DNA of 64,000 nt from Neocallimastix sp. 'constans' (Eukaryota): the NCBI GenBank assembly GCA_050613775.1, contig JBODTK010000136.1, positions 124,001 through 188,000 of the forward strand. Direction: 5' to 3'. The notes beneath the pieces were generated by a model, which saw nothing but the letters and a program-made list of their open reading frames with translations, was not told the origin of the DNA and did not search any database. Position numbers and translations under genes: made by a program. How positions within the stretch are numbered: the first letter of the stretch is position 1; every line of letters begins with the position of its first letter. Of this stretch, positions 47,574 through 58,711 are shown piece after piece.

Positions 47574-49206
47574 TAATAATAATAATAATATTGATAATAA
47601 TGATAACGATGATTTACCACAAGAATTTGTATCTATTAAGCGAGAAGCTAGTACTAGGACTATCGATGAAACTCTTGTACCATTGAGAAATACAAGTAAT
47701 GAAATATATAAAGAAATGGATATTAGAAGAGAAGAAATTAGAAAGTCAAGTTATGGAGGAAGTCCTAAAAGTTATGAAGAGATACAATCTCAGAAAAGAA
47801 ATAACTATAAGAAGGGAGGTATATCAGTTAATAGAATGGAAAGAAGAGAGAGCCTTTACGGAGTTACTAAAGAACCTTATGAACAATCACAAGGTAAGAC
47901 TCCACCAAATCCTAAGAGAATTTCATCTATTAAGTATATTTCATCAAAGAATAATGAAACAAATGTAGCAGAGGCTGGTATTGCTACTGTTAATAATAAG
48001 ATGATAGGAGGTATCCCAGTTCAAAAACCGTCGTTAAATAATAATTATTTAGTTCAAACTATGACAACATCAAATTCAATTAGTAGTTCAAATCCATCAT
48101 ATATTAATAATCATTTGAATATGCTACGGAATCAAGTGGTACAAAATCAAGAAATCCAAATAAATAATAAATCTTCATCGTTTTACGGAATGGATAATCA
48201 AAATCAAATACAAACACATTCACAAATTCAAAATCAAAGTAAGAACCAAGTTTCTTATGATATAGGAAATCGTATTACTAATGTAAATAATCAAATGCAA
48301 ATGCAAAGTAATTTAAATAAATACCCTTCATCAATTTCTTCTAATAATTCAAATTCAACTTCAAAAATATCAAAAGTAAGTGCTATAAATTCAACAGGTA
48401 TGACAAATAATTATAATTATAATAATAATGATCGTCGTCCTTCACAGTCTTCTTTAAGTTCTAATAAATCTTCAAATCGTACACCAAAATTCAGTGAAAA
48501 TCCAAGTAGTTCACCAGCTTCAGTATATTCTAATCCCAGAAATCAATACCATCAATATATGAATGGAGCTGGTTCTTCAGTAAATAATAGTGGAGTTAAT
48601 GATTTAATTATTGGATCCCCTCATTCGTTTTATAATGAGCAACAAATAATGAATAAACAACAACAATATCTAAAACCAGTACAAACTCAACAAATTTCTC
48701 AACAAATGAAGCAAACTTTACAAATCCAATTAATGCCTGAATATCAAGGTCAACCAACAACTCCTTCTCAAGAATACATTGAAATTAATAATATTCCAAA
48801 ATCACCAGCTGTTGAATTAAATAGCACTTATAATCCTTATGATTTAAGAATTAAAAAGCCAGTACTATTTAGTGGTAAATAAATTATTTATTATACATCA
48901 AATATTTAATTGACATGTATATATATAATTTTTTTTTATTTTTTTATTTTAATTTTTTATTTATTTACTTATTTACTTATTATTATTATTATTGTTTAAA
49001 TTAATTTTATAGTTAAAACATTATATGATTATGAAGCTGCGTCATTTGAAGAAGTATCGTTTAAAGCTAATTACGTTTTACCAATTTTAGCTGTACAAGA
49101 AGATGGATGGTGGGAAACTGAAATTAATGAAATGAAAGCAAATGGTACTATCGGTCGTAGAAGAGGTCTTATTCCATCAAATTTTGTTGAAGTTATTAAT
49201 GAATAA
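44212..49206 (+). CDS. F-BAR plus C-terminal SH3 protein, Hof1/Cdc15/Imp2 family; join(44212..44274,44407..48874,49013..49206), ~1574 aa
   Basis: SFAANFW|GKGDKGLEVL F-BAR start, EEERI motif, SH3 exon TLYDY..EVSF..DGWW..GLIPSNFV; GT-AG introns in matching phase. Confidence 0.9.
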
Positions 49207-50026
49207 TATGAATAATAATATATATATATAAATATAAAATTTAAATTTGATAAGTAAAAATCTTAAAAAATAGGAAACAAACAAACAATATATATATATA
49301 TATATATAATATTATACATTAATAAAGAAATTATTTTTATTCATGATATTTATTGAATATATAATAAATTAATAATTTCTATAATACTACAAAATAATCA
49401 TATTTTTTAAAATATATATATATTTTTTTTTATATTATAGTATTGTCTATTTAATAATAATTAAAATAAATATTTATATTTTTTTTTCTATATAATAACA
49501 ATAAATTACAATAATAGTAATAATAAAAATTATAATAAAATACTAAATACTATTTCTTGAAAACCAAATTATATTTATTCTTTTTTTTTTTTTTTTTTTT
49601 TTTAAATTGTAATTATAATTATAATTGGTAAATTATATAATACATAATTATAATAATGCTTTTATTTTTTTGTTTAAGAATAAAATTTTTATTCAAAATA
49701 TATAAATTATTATTATTATTATTATCAATTATATGTTAAGTTTAGTACTATTTAAATAATTTATATTTACTTATTTTGTTAAATATTTTTAATTTAATTT
49801 CATTAGTCTTCTATATCATCTATTATTATTTCAATTTCTTCACTATCTAATAAATATTTACATTTTGGACATTTTTTTTTTTCCTGCTTTATTGAATTTT
49901 AAAGATGCGCAAAATGGTGTGTATATGATAAATTTATATTATTTTATTTTAATTTGTTATTTGGTTAAAAAAATAATTATATGTTATTTGATAATTATTT
50001 GTTTAATTTTTTTCAATTTAATTCCA

Positions 50027-50183
50027 CTAATCCTCTATATCCTCTATTATTATTTCAGCTTCTTCACTATCTAATAAATGTTTACATTTTGGACATTTTT
50101 TTTCTGCTTTATTGAATTTTAAAGATGCGCAAAATGTATGTATATGATAATCACATTTTTGGTTTGAACAACGTTCAAGCTAA

Positions 50184-50223
<40 letters not shown>

Positions 50224-51324
50224 TGAAATATGTTAAATAATAAAATAATTAAGTATAATTATATATATTTATATTTATTAAAGGTATTACATCTGAAAAT
50301 ATATAATTAGAACAAATTGGACATTCTATTAATTCGTCCTCATCTAAAACATTTCTCTTTATATATTCTGATAATTCTGCTAGAGATCGAATATCCAAAG
50401 AATACTTTCCTCTTCTATAGTATGAATAAAAATTTATTGTGTTGGTTAATTACCTTGAATTAATTAATTCAAATTAAAAATTTAACAAAATTATTTATGG
50501 ATATACCTTTCTACTATCCATCTATCACTTTGAAAGCGTTTTAACAATAATTCTATTTCCTTTTTTGTTAAAGATTTTAGTTTACTAATTTCTTGTATAG
50601 CTTTTGTTGATGATAATTGATATTTATCTTCATAATTATCCATTATTAATTCTAACTATAAATATAGATTGAATAAAATATATATTGGATATAATTATAA
50701 TTTTTAAAATATTAAATATAATATTAATTTTAAATAATATATATATATTATAATAATTACAAGCTTTTTAAATATTATTATTTCATTTTGAGAATATTGA
50801 GTTGATAGCTGCGTAAAATCATCATTTATTAAATTTACCTTTAAATAAATAAATAAATAACCATTAATGCATATGTAAATATTAGAGTATACAATAATGA
50901 AGAAGTATATTATTACATATTCAAAAATTTTACCCATATATAAAATATTTCACCGTTTGATTTTGATTGAATCTTTTTTATATCAAAATCAATTTTTACA
51001 AGAGTATTATGAATTTCTTTCATAAAATTTTCAAAAGAACTTTCAGAATAAATTACTAATAATTTAAAGTTTACATATTCATAATTGAATGTTAAAATGT
51101 TAATGAAATTTCCAAAATATAGTTAGAATATTTTATGAATAATTTTATAAAAAATATATACATATATTTATCAAATTTAATATATTTTTTAGAAAAATAC
51201 CTTCACATACTTCACATATTTTACTATAGAGTATCTTTGTTTCTTCAATAGTTAATACCTTCTTAGACATAAAGGCTTGAATAAATAAACTCGATAGATA
51301 ATCACTATTTTGTATTGAATTCAT
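50027..51324 (-). CDS. NSE1: SMC5/6 complex subunit Nse1; exons 51324-51201, 51055-50934, 50838-50761, 50655-50507, 50414-50291, 50179-50027 (249 aa)
   Basis: Five GT-AG introns give an open frame: FIQAFMSKKVLT, VN..DDFTQLSTQYSQNEI..FKKL, LTKKEIELLLKRF..DRW, C4HC3 RING-like C-terminus. Confidence 0.88.
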
Positions 51325-51798
51325 TTGTACTTAAATTCATTGATAATTTGAAATATTTTTTAATTTTTTTTTAAAAAAAACAGTATAAATATTTAAAATA
51401 AAATTCTTTCTTTCAATTTAAATATATATATATATATATATAAAATATAATATAACATTTAAAAATTTAAAAATTTAAAAAATGATATATCGAATAAAAA
51501 TATAAAAAAATTATTATATAAAAATAAAAAAATTTTAATTAATCAATAAATTAAAATTGTTAAATTTATATTGGAAAAAATTTACATACTTTTTCAATAT
51601 ATCCTAACCACACCTATAAATTATAAAATTAGCATTTTAAAGTTTTGAAATATTGTGATTTCTATTATAATAATTATTTTAAAAACTATACTTCATAAAA
51701 AAAAAGAAAAATCATTAAAATCAAAAAAAAATTAATATATTATTTATTAAAGTTTTATAAAATTGATATAGAAGTTGCACAAAAATACAAAATTTTTC

Positions 51799-51864
51799 CC
51801 AATCATGAAGACTAATTCAAAAAAATTTAAAAAAAAGACCAATCGTAGTTTTTAAAATCACGTG
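51799..51864. promoter_or_regulatory. Candidate promoter elements between divergent NSE1 and RPL21
   Basis: CCAAT at 51799 and 51839, CACGTG at 51859 in a very AT-rich background. Confidence 0.4.
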
Positions 51865-52016
51865 TAATATAAAAAAACCCATCTATAGTATAAAATCAAC
51901 TTTGACTTTAGATCCGTATTTAAATGGTCTCTCTAATTATATATAGGAAATTTTTAACTTCCTGTACTGTATAATTTATTGTATACCAACACATTTTTAT
52001 TGAATAATAAACAGCA

Positions 52017-52499
52017 ATGCCACATTCATTCGGTATTAGAGCTAGAACTCGTCACTTATTTGCCAGAGAATTCCGTACCAACGGTCCAGTTAAGTTATCT
52101 ACTTACTTAAAGACCTACCGTGTTGGTGATATCGTTGATATTAAGGCCAATGGTGCTATCCAAAAGGGTATGCCACATAAGTTCTATCATGGTAAGACTG
52201 GTGTTATCTACAACGTCACTAAGACCTCTGTTGGTATCATTGTTAACAAGCAAGTTGGTAACAGATTCATAGAAAAGAGAATCAATGTCCGTATTGAACA
52301 CATTAAGCACTCTAAGTGCCGTCTTGACTTCCTTAACCGTGTCAAGAAGAATGCCGAATTAAAGGCTGCTGCTAAGGCTGCTGGTACACGTGTTAATGTT
52401 TGTCGTCAACCAGAACAACCACGTGAAGCTCGTTTCGTTTCTACTAAGGGTAATACTCCAAAGACTGTCGCCCCAGTTCCATACGAAGCTCTTGTTTAA
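52017..52499 (+). CDS. RPL21: 60S ribosomal protein L21 (eL21)
   Basis: GDIVDIKANGAIQKGMPHKFYHGKTG, KRINVRIEH; 160 aa; strongly biased codons. Confidence 0.98.
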   Translation: MPHSFGIRARTRHLFAREFRTNGPVKLSTYLKTYRVGDIVDIKANGAIQKGMPHKFYHGKTGVIYNVTKTSVGIIVNKQVGNRFIEKRINVRIEHIKHSKCRLDFLNRVKKNAELKAAAKAAGTRVNVCRQPEQPREARFVSTKGNTPKTVAPVPYEALV

Positions 52500-52640
52500 G
52501 TTAAATTGACGAAGAATATGCTTGTTGGAAAAGTTCTCTTGAACATTTTTTTTATTATTAAGTAAAAAAACATTGTAAAAGAGTAAACTAGATCAATAAA
52601 ATATTTTAAACAATAAAACTATAAATTATACGAAAATTAA

Positions 52641-52975
52641 ATATAAAAAATATTAGATTAATATTTATTAATCTAATATTTTTTATATATTAAAATATTT
52701 TAGATCGTTTTATGTATGAATATATATTTATACATAAAACGATCTAAAAAATTTTTTAAACTTATTTTTAACAATTATAGAGAAAATTAATGAATTAATA
52801 TTCATTAATTTTCTCTATAATTATATATATAATGAGTTAATATATTTATCAGTAAAAAAATAAATAATTCCTGTAATTGTATTATCTAATTTCATTGAAA
52901 TTAGATAATACAATTACAGGAATTAAATTATATATATTTCACAATTTCAATGAAATTGTGAAATATATATAATTT
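52641..52975. repeat. Cluster of five distinct near-perfect palindromes
   Basis: 52641-52688, 52698-52749, 52773-52822, 52865-52925, 52925-52975. Confidence 0.9.
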
Positions 52976-53950
52976 TAAGAATATCTAGATTTGAAAATAT
53001 ATAATTAAAACAATTTAAAAGAAAAATTTGTCAAAAATATCAGCATTTTTGTTAACAGTAATAATGGATATAAGAAATAATTTTTTATCAATATATATTT
53101 ATTGAATTAATGATGGATGGGTGCCTGAATTATAATATATTTTTTTTAAAAATTAAAGGGTTAGATCAGGAAAATTATGGAAAATAAGTGTCCATTAATT
53201 ATTACAATTTAAATTAAAATATAAAATTATAACAATATTATTATTTTATTATGAATTATAAATTATTAAAATGTTTTATAAAAAAAATTTCGCTTATATT
53301 TATGAGAATAAACATATAATTATTTTTATAAATAGTATAATTTATATTAAAAATTTTAAAAAACAGTATTATGTTCAAAATAGTAGAGATATTGATGTGA
53401 AAATCTTGTTAAATTACAGTTGTATAGCTTAAAGAACAATACACTTTAATAAGTTATACTCAGTAATTTAATAGTTTATTATTTTTTATTTATAAAAGTT
53501 AATAATAAATAAGTATAATTTTTGATGGTTATGTACATATTTAAATAAATATAAATTTCATGAAATATCAAAAATTTGTATGAAATCTCTAATTTTTAGT
53601 AATTATTATTTTTGTCTTATAGTTTTTGTAATAAGTATTAAATAGCGTAATGCCTGTTGAAAAATTCTGTAATGAAGGAATTTTAAATATTCATTTTATG
53701 AAAAAATGATTAAAAGATAAAGTAATACGTTCTGTATTAGTATTATTTTATTATTTATTATTTATTTTTTATTTTATTATAAAAAAAAATAAACAAAAAT
53801 TTAATTATTAATTTATTATTTTGTAATTAAATTTTTTTTTTATGAAATATAAGATTAATCAATTTCGGATTAAATCTAAGACATGTAATTTATAATTATA
53901 CTATTATATATTGATTATATTGATAATGAAACTGATCCACCTTTTTGAAC

Positions 53951-56900
53951 TTCAAGTACAAGTTCAAGTACAAGTTCAAGTACAAGTTCAAGATCAAGTA
54001 TAAGTTTAAGTTCAAATTCAAGTTCAAGTACAAGTTCAAGTTCAATTTCAAATTTATGTTTAAATTCAGTTTCAAGCTCAGATTCAAATTCAAATTTCAG
54101 TTCAATCAATTATAATAATTCCAATAATATTAATAACACTCATATTAATAATAATACAGTTAAAGAATTTTCTCTATGTGTCAGTTGGAATACTAATGGA
54201 TGGAACTTTGATAAAAAAGACAGTGTTGAATTCTTTATTTCAATGTACAAACCACTTTTCTTATGCTTTCAGGAAACAGGAAATGGTTCAGGTTCTAGCA
54301 GTAAATATCCATGTCGAGTATCATTAAAAAACTACAAACATTTCTTCAAAAAAGCTAATAATGAAATTCCCGGTAAAAGAGGTCTTTATATTGGGTTTCA
54401 TAATTCTTGTCAAGCCTCTCTTGAAAACAACACTTATGAGTATATTATTTCCTTGTATACTTATAATTTTTGGAATTTCACTAAATGTTCTATTGGTAAT
54501 GTGTACGTACCTCATAGTGGCCATAGCCTTCATGCTAGAGCTGCTAGAATTGAAATATTGTCTTGGTTAAATAGTCACTCTTCTCATCCTTCAATGTTGG
54601 TTGGTGATTTTAATTTACCTACTGAGAAATTAAGTAATTTGCTCTCTAAATTTAGTAATTGGAAAATTCTTCCCTTATGGGGTTCCCCAATTTCATGGAG
54701 TAGAGGTAATAGAGAATCTGATATAGATCATGCGATTGTCAATGATCATATGTTAGATTTACTTTCATATGGTACTTTTATTGACTTTCCCCCCATTTCG
54801 GATCATAAACCTTTATTAATAAAAGGTAAATGTTTTTCATCAGTTAATTCAGATAATTCTTTCTCTCTGCCTAAAAAGACAGTTAAATGGGATAGATTAA
54901 AATGTATAAATGAAAAAGAATCAATTTTTGACAACAACTATTTTAGTGTATTAGAGGAAGTGATTCCAGATCCTAATATTAGTATTGATGATATTTCAAA
55001 GAAATTTATTTCAACTTCATTCAATATTGCTAAGGAACTTAATATCACGTCAATTTCAGAAGTTCGAAAATCTTTTTTTCATATGTCGCAGAAAATATTT
55101 AATTTGCAAAAACTCAAAATGAAATTATATAAATCCATTAAAAGAAGAGGTTCTTATCATAATTTAGATGAATTTGAAGAATTAATTGATAAATATAATA
55201 GAATGTGCAAAATTATTCATCATATGTGTAATATTTATAGGAAAACTGAATACCAACATTGGATTAATACAGGATGTGAATATATGAAATCTCATAACCC
55301 TAAAAAAGCTTGGAAATGGCTTAAAACAACAGCAAAAGTAGATAAATTTAAAAATATGTCAAATTCTCCAGTAAAGGACAAAAATGGTAAACTAGCTACT
55401 TCTACTAAAGAACAGTTAGAAGTATGGCACAATCACTATAAAAAACTTGCTTCAAGCCATTCTGATATCAATAGTGCATTAATCGAATGGTCTAATAAAT
55501 TTTCCAATGGAACAATTAGGTATACGAGACACAATGAATGGGATATAAATCAAGACATCAGTATAGAAGAAATTAGAGAAGCAATTTTGGCTACTCCAAA
55601 TTTTAAAGCTTCAGGCCCGGATGGAATTCCTATTGAATTTTATAAAGCTTTAATTCCTCCGGATGACGAAAATTCAGTAAATAATTCTTCTTCTGGTTTA
55701 AATTGTTTACAGAAGATATACTCAAGAATTTGGAATGGAGAATTTCCTAGCTCATGGAATGAAGCAAGTATTATATCTATTCCTAAAAAAGGAGATGATC
55801 TATCTGATTGTGACAATTATCGAGGTATCTCTCTGATTAACAATGGTATTAAACTCATTTCGAAAATAGTCTCCAAAAGAATTTCAGAATATGGACTTAA
55901 AAATAATTTTATTAGGCCAGAGCAATTTGGATTTCGTACTAAAGAAGAATGTGTTAGTTTATTTATTTCAATTCGAGAAATTTGTCAAAGGCGTAAAAAT
56001 GATAATAAAGAAACTTACCTAGCTTTTCTAGATTTAAAAAAGGCATATGATTCTGTTCCAATAGGTAATATTTTATATAAATTAGATGCTTTAGGTATTA
56101 GAGGTAAATGTTATCAATTTATAAAAAATCTATATTTGACATCCAAAGCTAGTGTTAAAATTGATGATCAATATTCGGAATCTTTTAATATTATGAAAGG
56201 AGTTAGACAAGGTTGTCCACTATCACCAATTCTTTTCAATCTTTTTATTAATGACATTTTTAATGATGTTTCAGAACTTGGAATTCCTTTAGGCGAATCT
56301 AGATGTTGTGGTGGACTCTTTGCAGATGATATTGTTCTATGCGCACCGTCAAGAACTAAGTTGAAAAAAATGCTTAAGAAGGTAAATGAATGGGCTAAAT
56401 TTAATATGATGAATTTTGGAATTAATAAGTGTGCAACGATGGTGATTCGACCAGACACACCTCTTTTTCAAAATAAAAGAGATCCTACTTTTTATCTTGC
56501 TGGTCAACCAATTCCAATAACTAAATGTTATACCTATTTAGGTATACCATTTGATAAAAGCTTATCGTTGAAACCTATTATTAAATTACTTAACTCTAAA
56601 GTAACTAAAGCTCTCTTTTCTGTTAGTAAAATTCTTTCAAATTCCAAAATTCCTATTCCATTTAAGAAGATTATAATTAACTCTTATGTACTTAGTAAAG
56701 TCTCTTACTTTGCACCTTTACTTGGTTCGAATAAAACGAGAACAAATAATACTCAGAAATTAATTAATAAAGGATTAAGATGGATTGCAGGTATACAAAA
56801 AGCCAAATCATTTATTAATGTATATTCTATTTCAAAAGATTTACATATTCCTCCATTGTCAGCTAAGTGTGCTTTGTCTCAGGTCAAATGTTTTGATAAA

Positions 56901-58065
56901 TGGAAAAATTCAAATTGTATTATTTCCTATTTAGTTAATAATATTCCAAAATCTAGAAAATATACATGGACAAAAGAAAGTAGAACTCTTAAACGTAAAC
57001 TAGAGAAAAGAGGTAATAACGATAATAAAATCAAGGATTTTTATTGGAAAAGAGATATGAAAATCAATTCTATTAAAGCTGAGTTTTATGACAAAAACAA
57101 ATTCGAAGAAACATCAAAATTTATAAAACTTTGTTATGACTATCCTGATCTTTCATATGGTTTCTATTGGCTATTGAGAGCACGAAGCGGATATAGATTA
57201 GATGCTAGAATTGCTAAAGCTGCAAAAATAGTGGACCAAATGTGTCCTAATTTTTGTCCCTGTTGTAAAAGTAATAAACAATGGATAAGTCATTGGTTAA
57301 TTGATTGTCCCTTTTTCAATCATACTCGTAGTAAAGTTAATGATAAAATTTTATTTTTATATAATGCTTTTTACCGTGGCAACCTAACAAATGATATTGT
57401 TAATAGTAATAATGATAATAGTAATAGTAATAATAGTAATAGTTATAATAGTAATAATAATATTAGTAATAGTATTTTTAGTAATGTTAGTAATAGTATT
57501 GAAAATAATGTGTATATTGATTCTAGTGTGTGTGAAAAAGTGTTTAATTTCCTTCTTGGAGGTCGAAGTATTAATAACAGTACAAGGGAATGGAAGGATC
57601 TATTTAAGTGCCAGATGAAATCAGGTGCTTATTCTGATACTCCGTTCTTAGTGGTTACTGCGGCACTTCTCCAATCGATTATACCTATTGCTATTGGCCA
57701 GCAATGGTCTTTGTTCAATAGGTTCAAATCGAATCGTACTACTACTACCAAGAGCGTCAATGCTGAAGAAACAGTAAGACAGGCCAGCAGGGCTAGCGCA
57801 ACCAATGAAGATCATAATTTTGTATCTTAAAATTATGATTAACATTGCGAAGTCAAAGTTAATTATTATACTTCAGTATAATAATGCCCTTGTGAAGTCT
57901 TACAAATATTAATTAAATGAAACTAGAATATATTATACCATTATTTTATTTTTATTTTGTGTTTTATTTTTTGTTTATTTTTTTATCTTTTTTTTTTTTT
58001 TTATTATTTTATTACATGTATTTTATCAAATATTTAATTAATAAAGATGAAACAAGTTTGCTGCC

Positions 58066-58112
<47 letters not shown>
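53951..58112 (+). mobile_element. Non-LTR retrotransposon (RTE/RTEX-like LINE), 5'-truncated
   Basis: Poly(A) tail to 58112; 12-bp TSD ACCTTTTTGAAC (53939-53950, 58113-58124). Confidence 0.93.
54243..57830 (+). CDS. LINE protein: AP endonuclease, reverse transcriptase, C-terminal CCHC; frame extends upstream through VSWNTNG
   Basis: FQET, GDFN, SDHKP, NYRGISL, GVRQGCPLSP, FADD, CPCC..HWLIDC. Confidence 0.93.
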   Translation: MYKPLFLCFQETGNGSGSSSKYPCRVSLKNYKHFFKKANNEIPGKRGLYIGFHNSCQASLENNTYEYIISLYTYNFWNFTKCSIGNVYVPHSGHSLHARAARIEILSWLNSHSSHPSMLVGDFNLPTEKLSNLLSKFSNWKILPLWGSPISWSRGNRESDIDHAIVNDHMLDLLSYGTFIDFPPISDHKPLLIKGKCFSSVNSDNSFSLPKKTVKWDRLKCINEKESIFDNNYFSVLEEVIPDPNISIDDISKKFISTSFNIAKELNITSISEVRKSFFHMSQKIFNLQKLKMKLYKSIKRRGSYHNLDEFEELIDKYNRMCKIIHHMCNIYRKTEYQHWINTGCEYMKSHNPKKAWKWLKTTAKVDKFKNMSNSPVKDKNGKLATSTKEQLEVWHNHYKKLASSHSDINSALIEWSNKFSNGTIRYTRHNEWDINQDISIEEIREAILATPNFKASGPDGIPIEFYKALIPPDDENSVNNSSSGLNCLQKIYSRIWNGEFPSSWNEASIISIPKKGDDLSDCDNYRGISLINNGIKLISKIVSKRISEYGLKNNFIRPEQFGFRTKEECVSLFISIREICQRRKNDNKETYLAFLDLKKAYDSVPIGNILYKLDALGIRGKCYQFIKNLYLTSKASVKIDDQYSESFNIMKGVRQGCPLSPILFNLFINDIFNDVSELGIPLGESRCCGGLFADDIVLCAPSRTKLKKMLKKVNEWAKFNMMNFGINKCATMVIRPDTPLFQNKRDPTFYLAGQPIPITKCYTYLGIPFDKSLSLKPIIKLLNSKVTKALFSVSKILSNSKIPIPFKKIIINSYVLSKVSYFAPLLGSNKTRTNNTQKLINKGLRWIAGIQKAKSFINVYSISKDLHIPPLSAKCALSQVKCFDKWKNSNCIISYLVNNIPKSRKYTWTKESRTLKRKLEKRGNNDNKIKDFYWKRDMKINSIKAEFYDKNKFEETSKFIKLCYDYPDLSYGFYWLLRARSGYRLDARIAKAAKIVDQMCPNFCPCCKSNKQWISHWLIDCPFFNHTRSKVNDKILFLYNAFYRGNLTNDIVNSNNDNSNSNNSNSYNSNNNISNSIFSNVSNSIENNVYIDSSVCEKVFNFLLGGRSINNSTREWKDLFKCQMKSGAYSDTPFLVVTAALLQSIIPIAIGQQWSLFNRFKSNRTTTTKSVNAEETVRQASRASATNEDHNFVS

Positions 58113-58118
<6 letters not shown>

Positions 58119-58711
58119 TTGAACATTTTTCATTGAAAGGAAATTTCTTGGTTTTTTAGCGCTAATAGCGATAACTTCCGCGTAGGAAACCCTGATAGAA
58201 AATAATGGCACGTCTTTTTTTTTTTTTTTTATTTTTATAATATCATTGATATGGATAATAAATATAATAGTGATTGTATAAAAACTTTTTATCTTATTTA
58301 CATTTTCCTTATAGAACAAGATGTTATAAATATAATAGTTATAATTTCTTAAATAAGGAAAATAGAAAATTTAATTTAAAATATTTATAAAGAATATCCC
58401 AATGATGTGAACTGTTTTTCCAAGTCCATGGAGGGTTGATGGAAAAGGAATAATCTATATCAGGTGTACTAATTACAGCTTTCTGTGATTCTGATGATAA
58501 TCGATGGTTATCCTTTCTAAAGTGGCTTCTAGTACGAAGAGTGTAAATTGGAATACTGGAAGACTGTAGAAAGTGAATCTGATGCTATATATTGTTTTAA
58601 CCTGGATATGTAGTAACATTAGTGTTGTATAATTAATAATATCATGTTGTTTCTACATTTTATCATTGTAATGAATCTATTATCTTTTACTTAATCATTA
58701 TTTTGTATATC

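Noticed and set aside
47339..47686. Poly-Ile ORF and other short Ile/Phe/Leu-rich or antisense ORFs
   Set aside because: Alternate-frame translations of AAT repeats, or shadows of real CDS
58125..58680. Possible gene or TE fragments between the two LINEs
   Set aside because: Short broken frames with no family I can support
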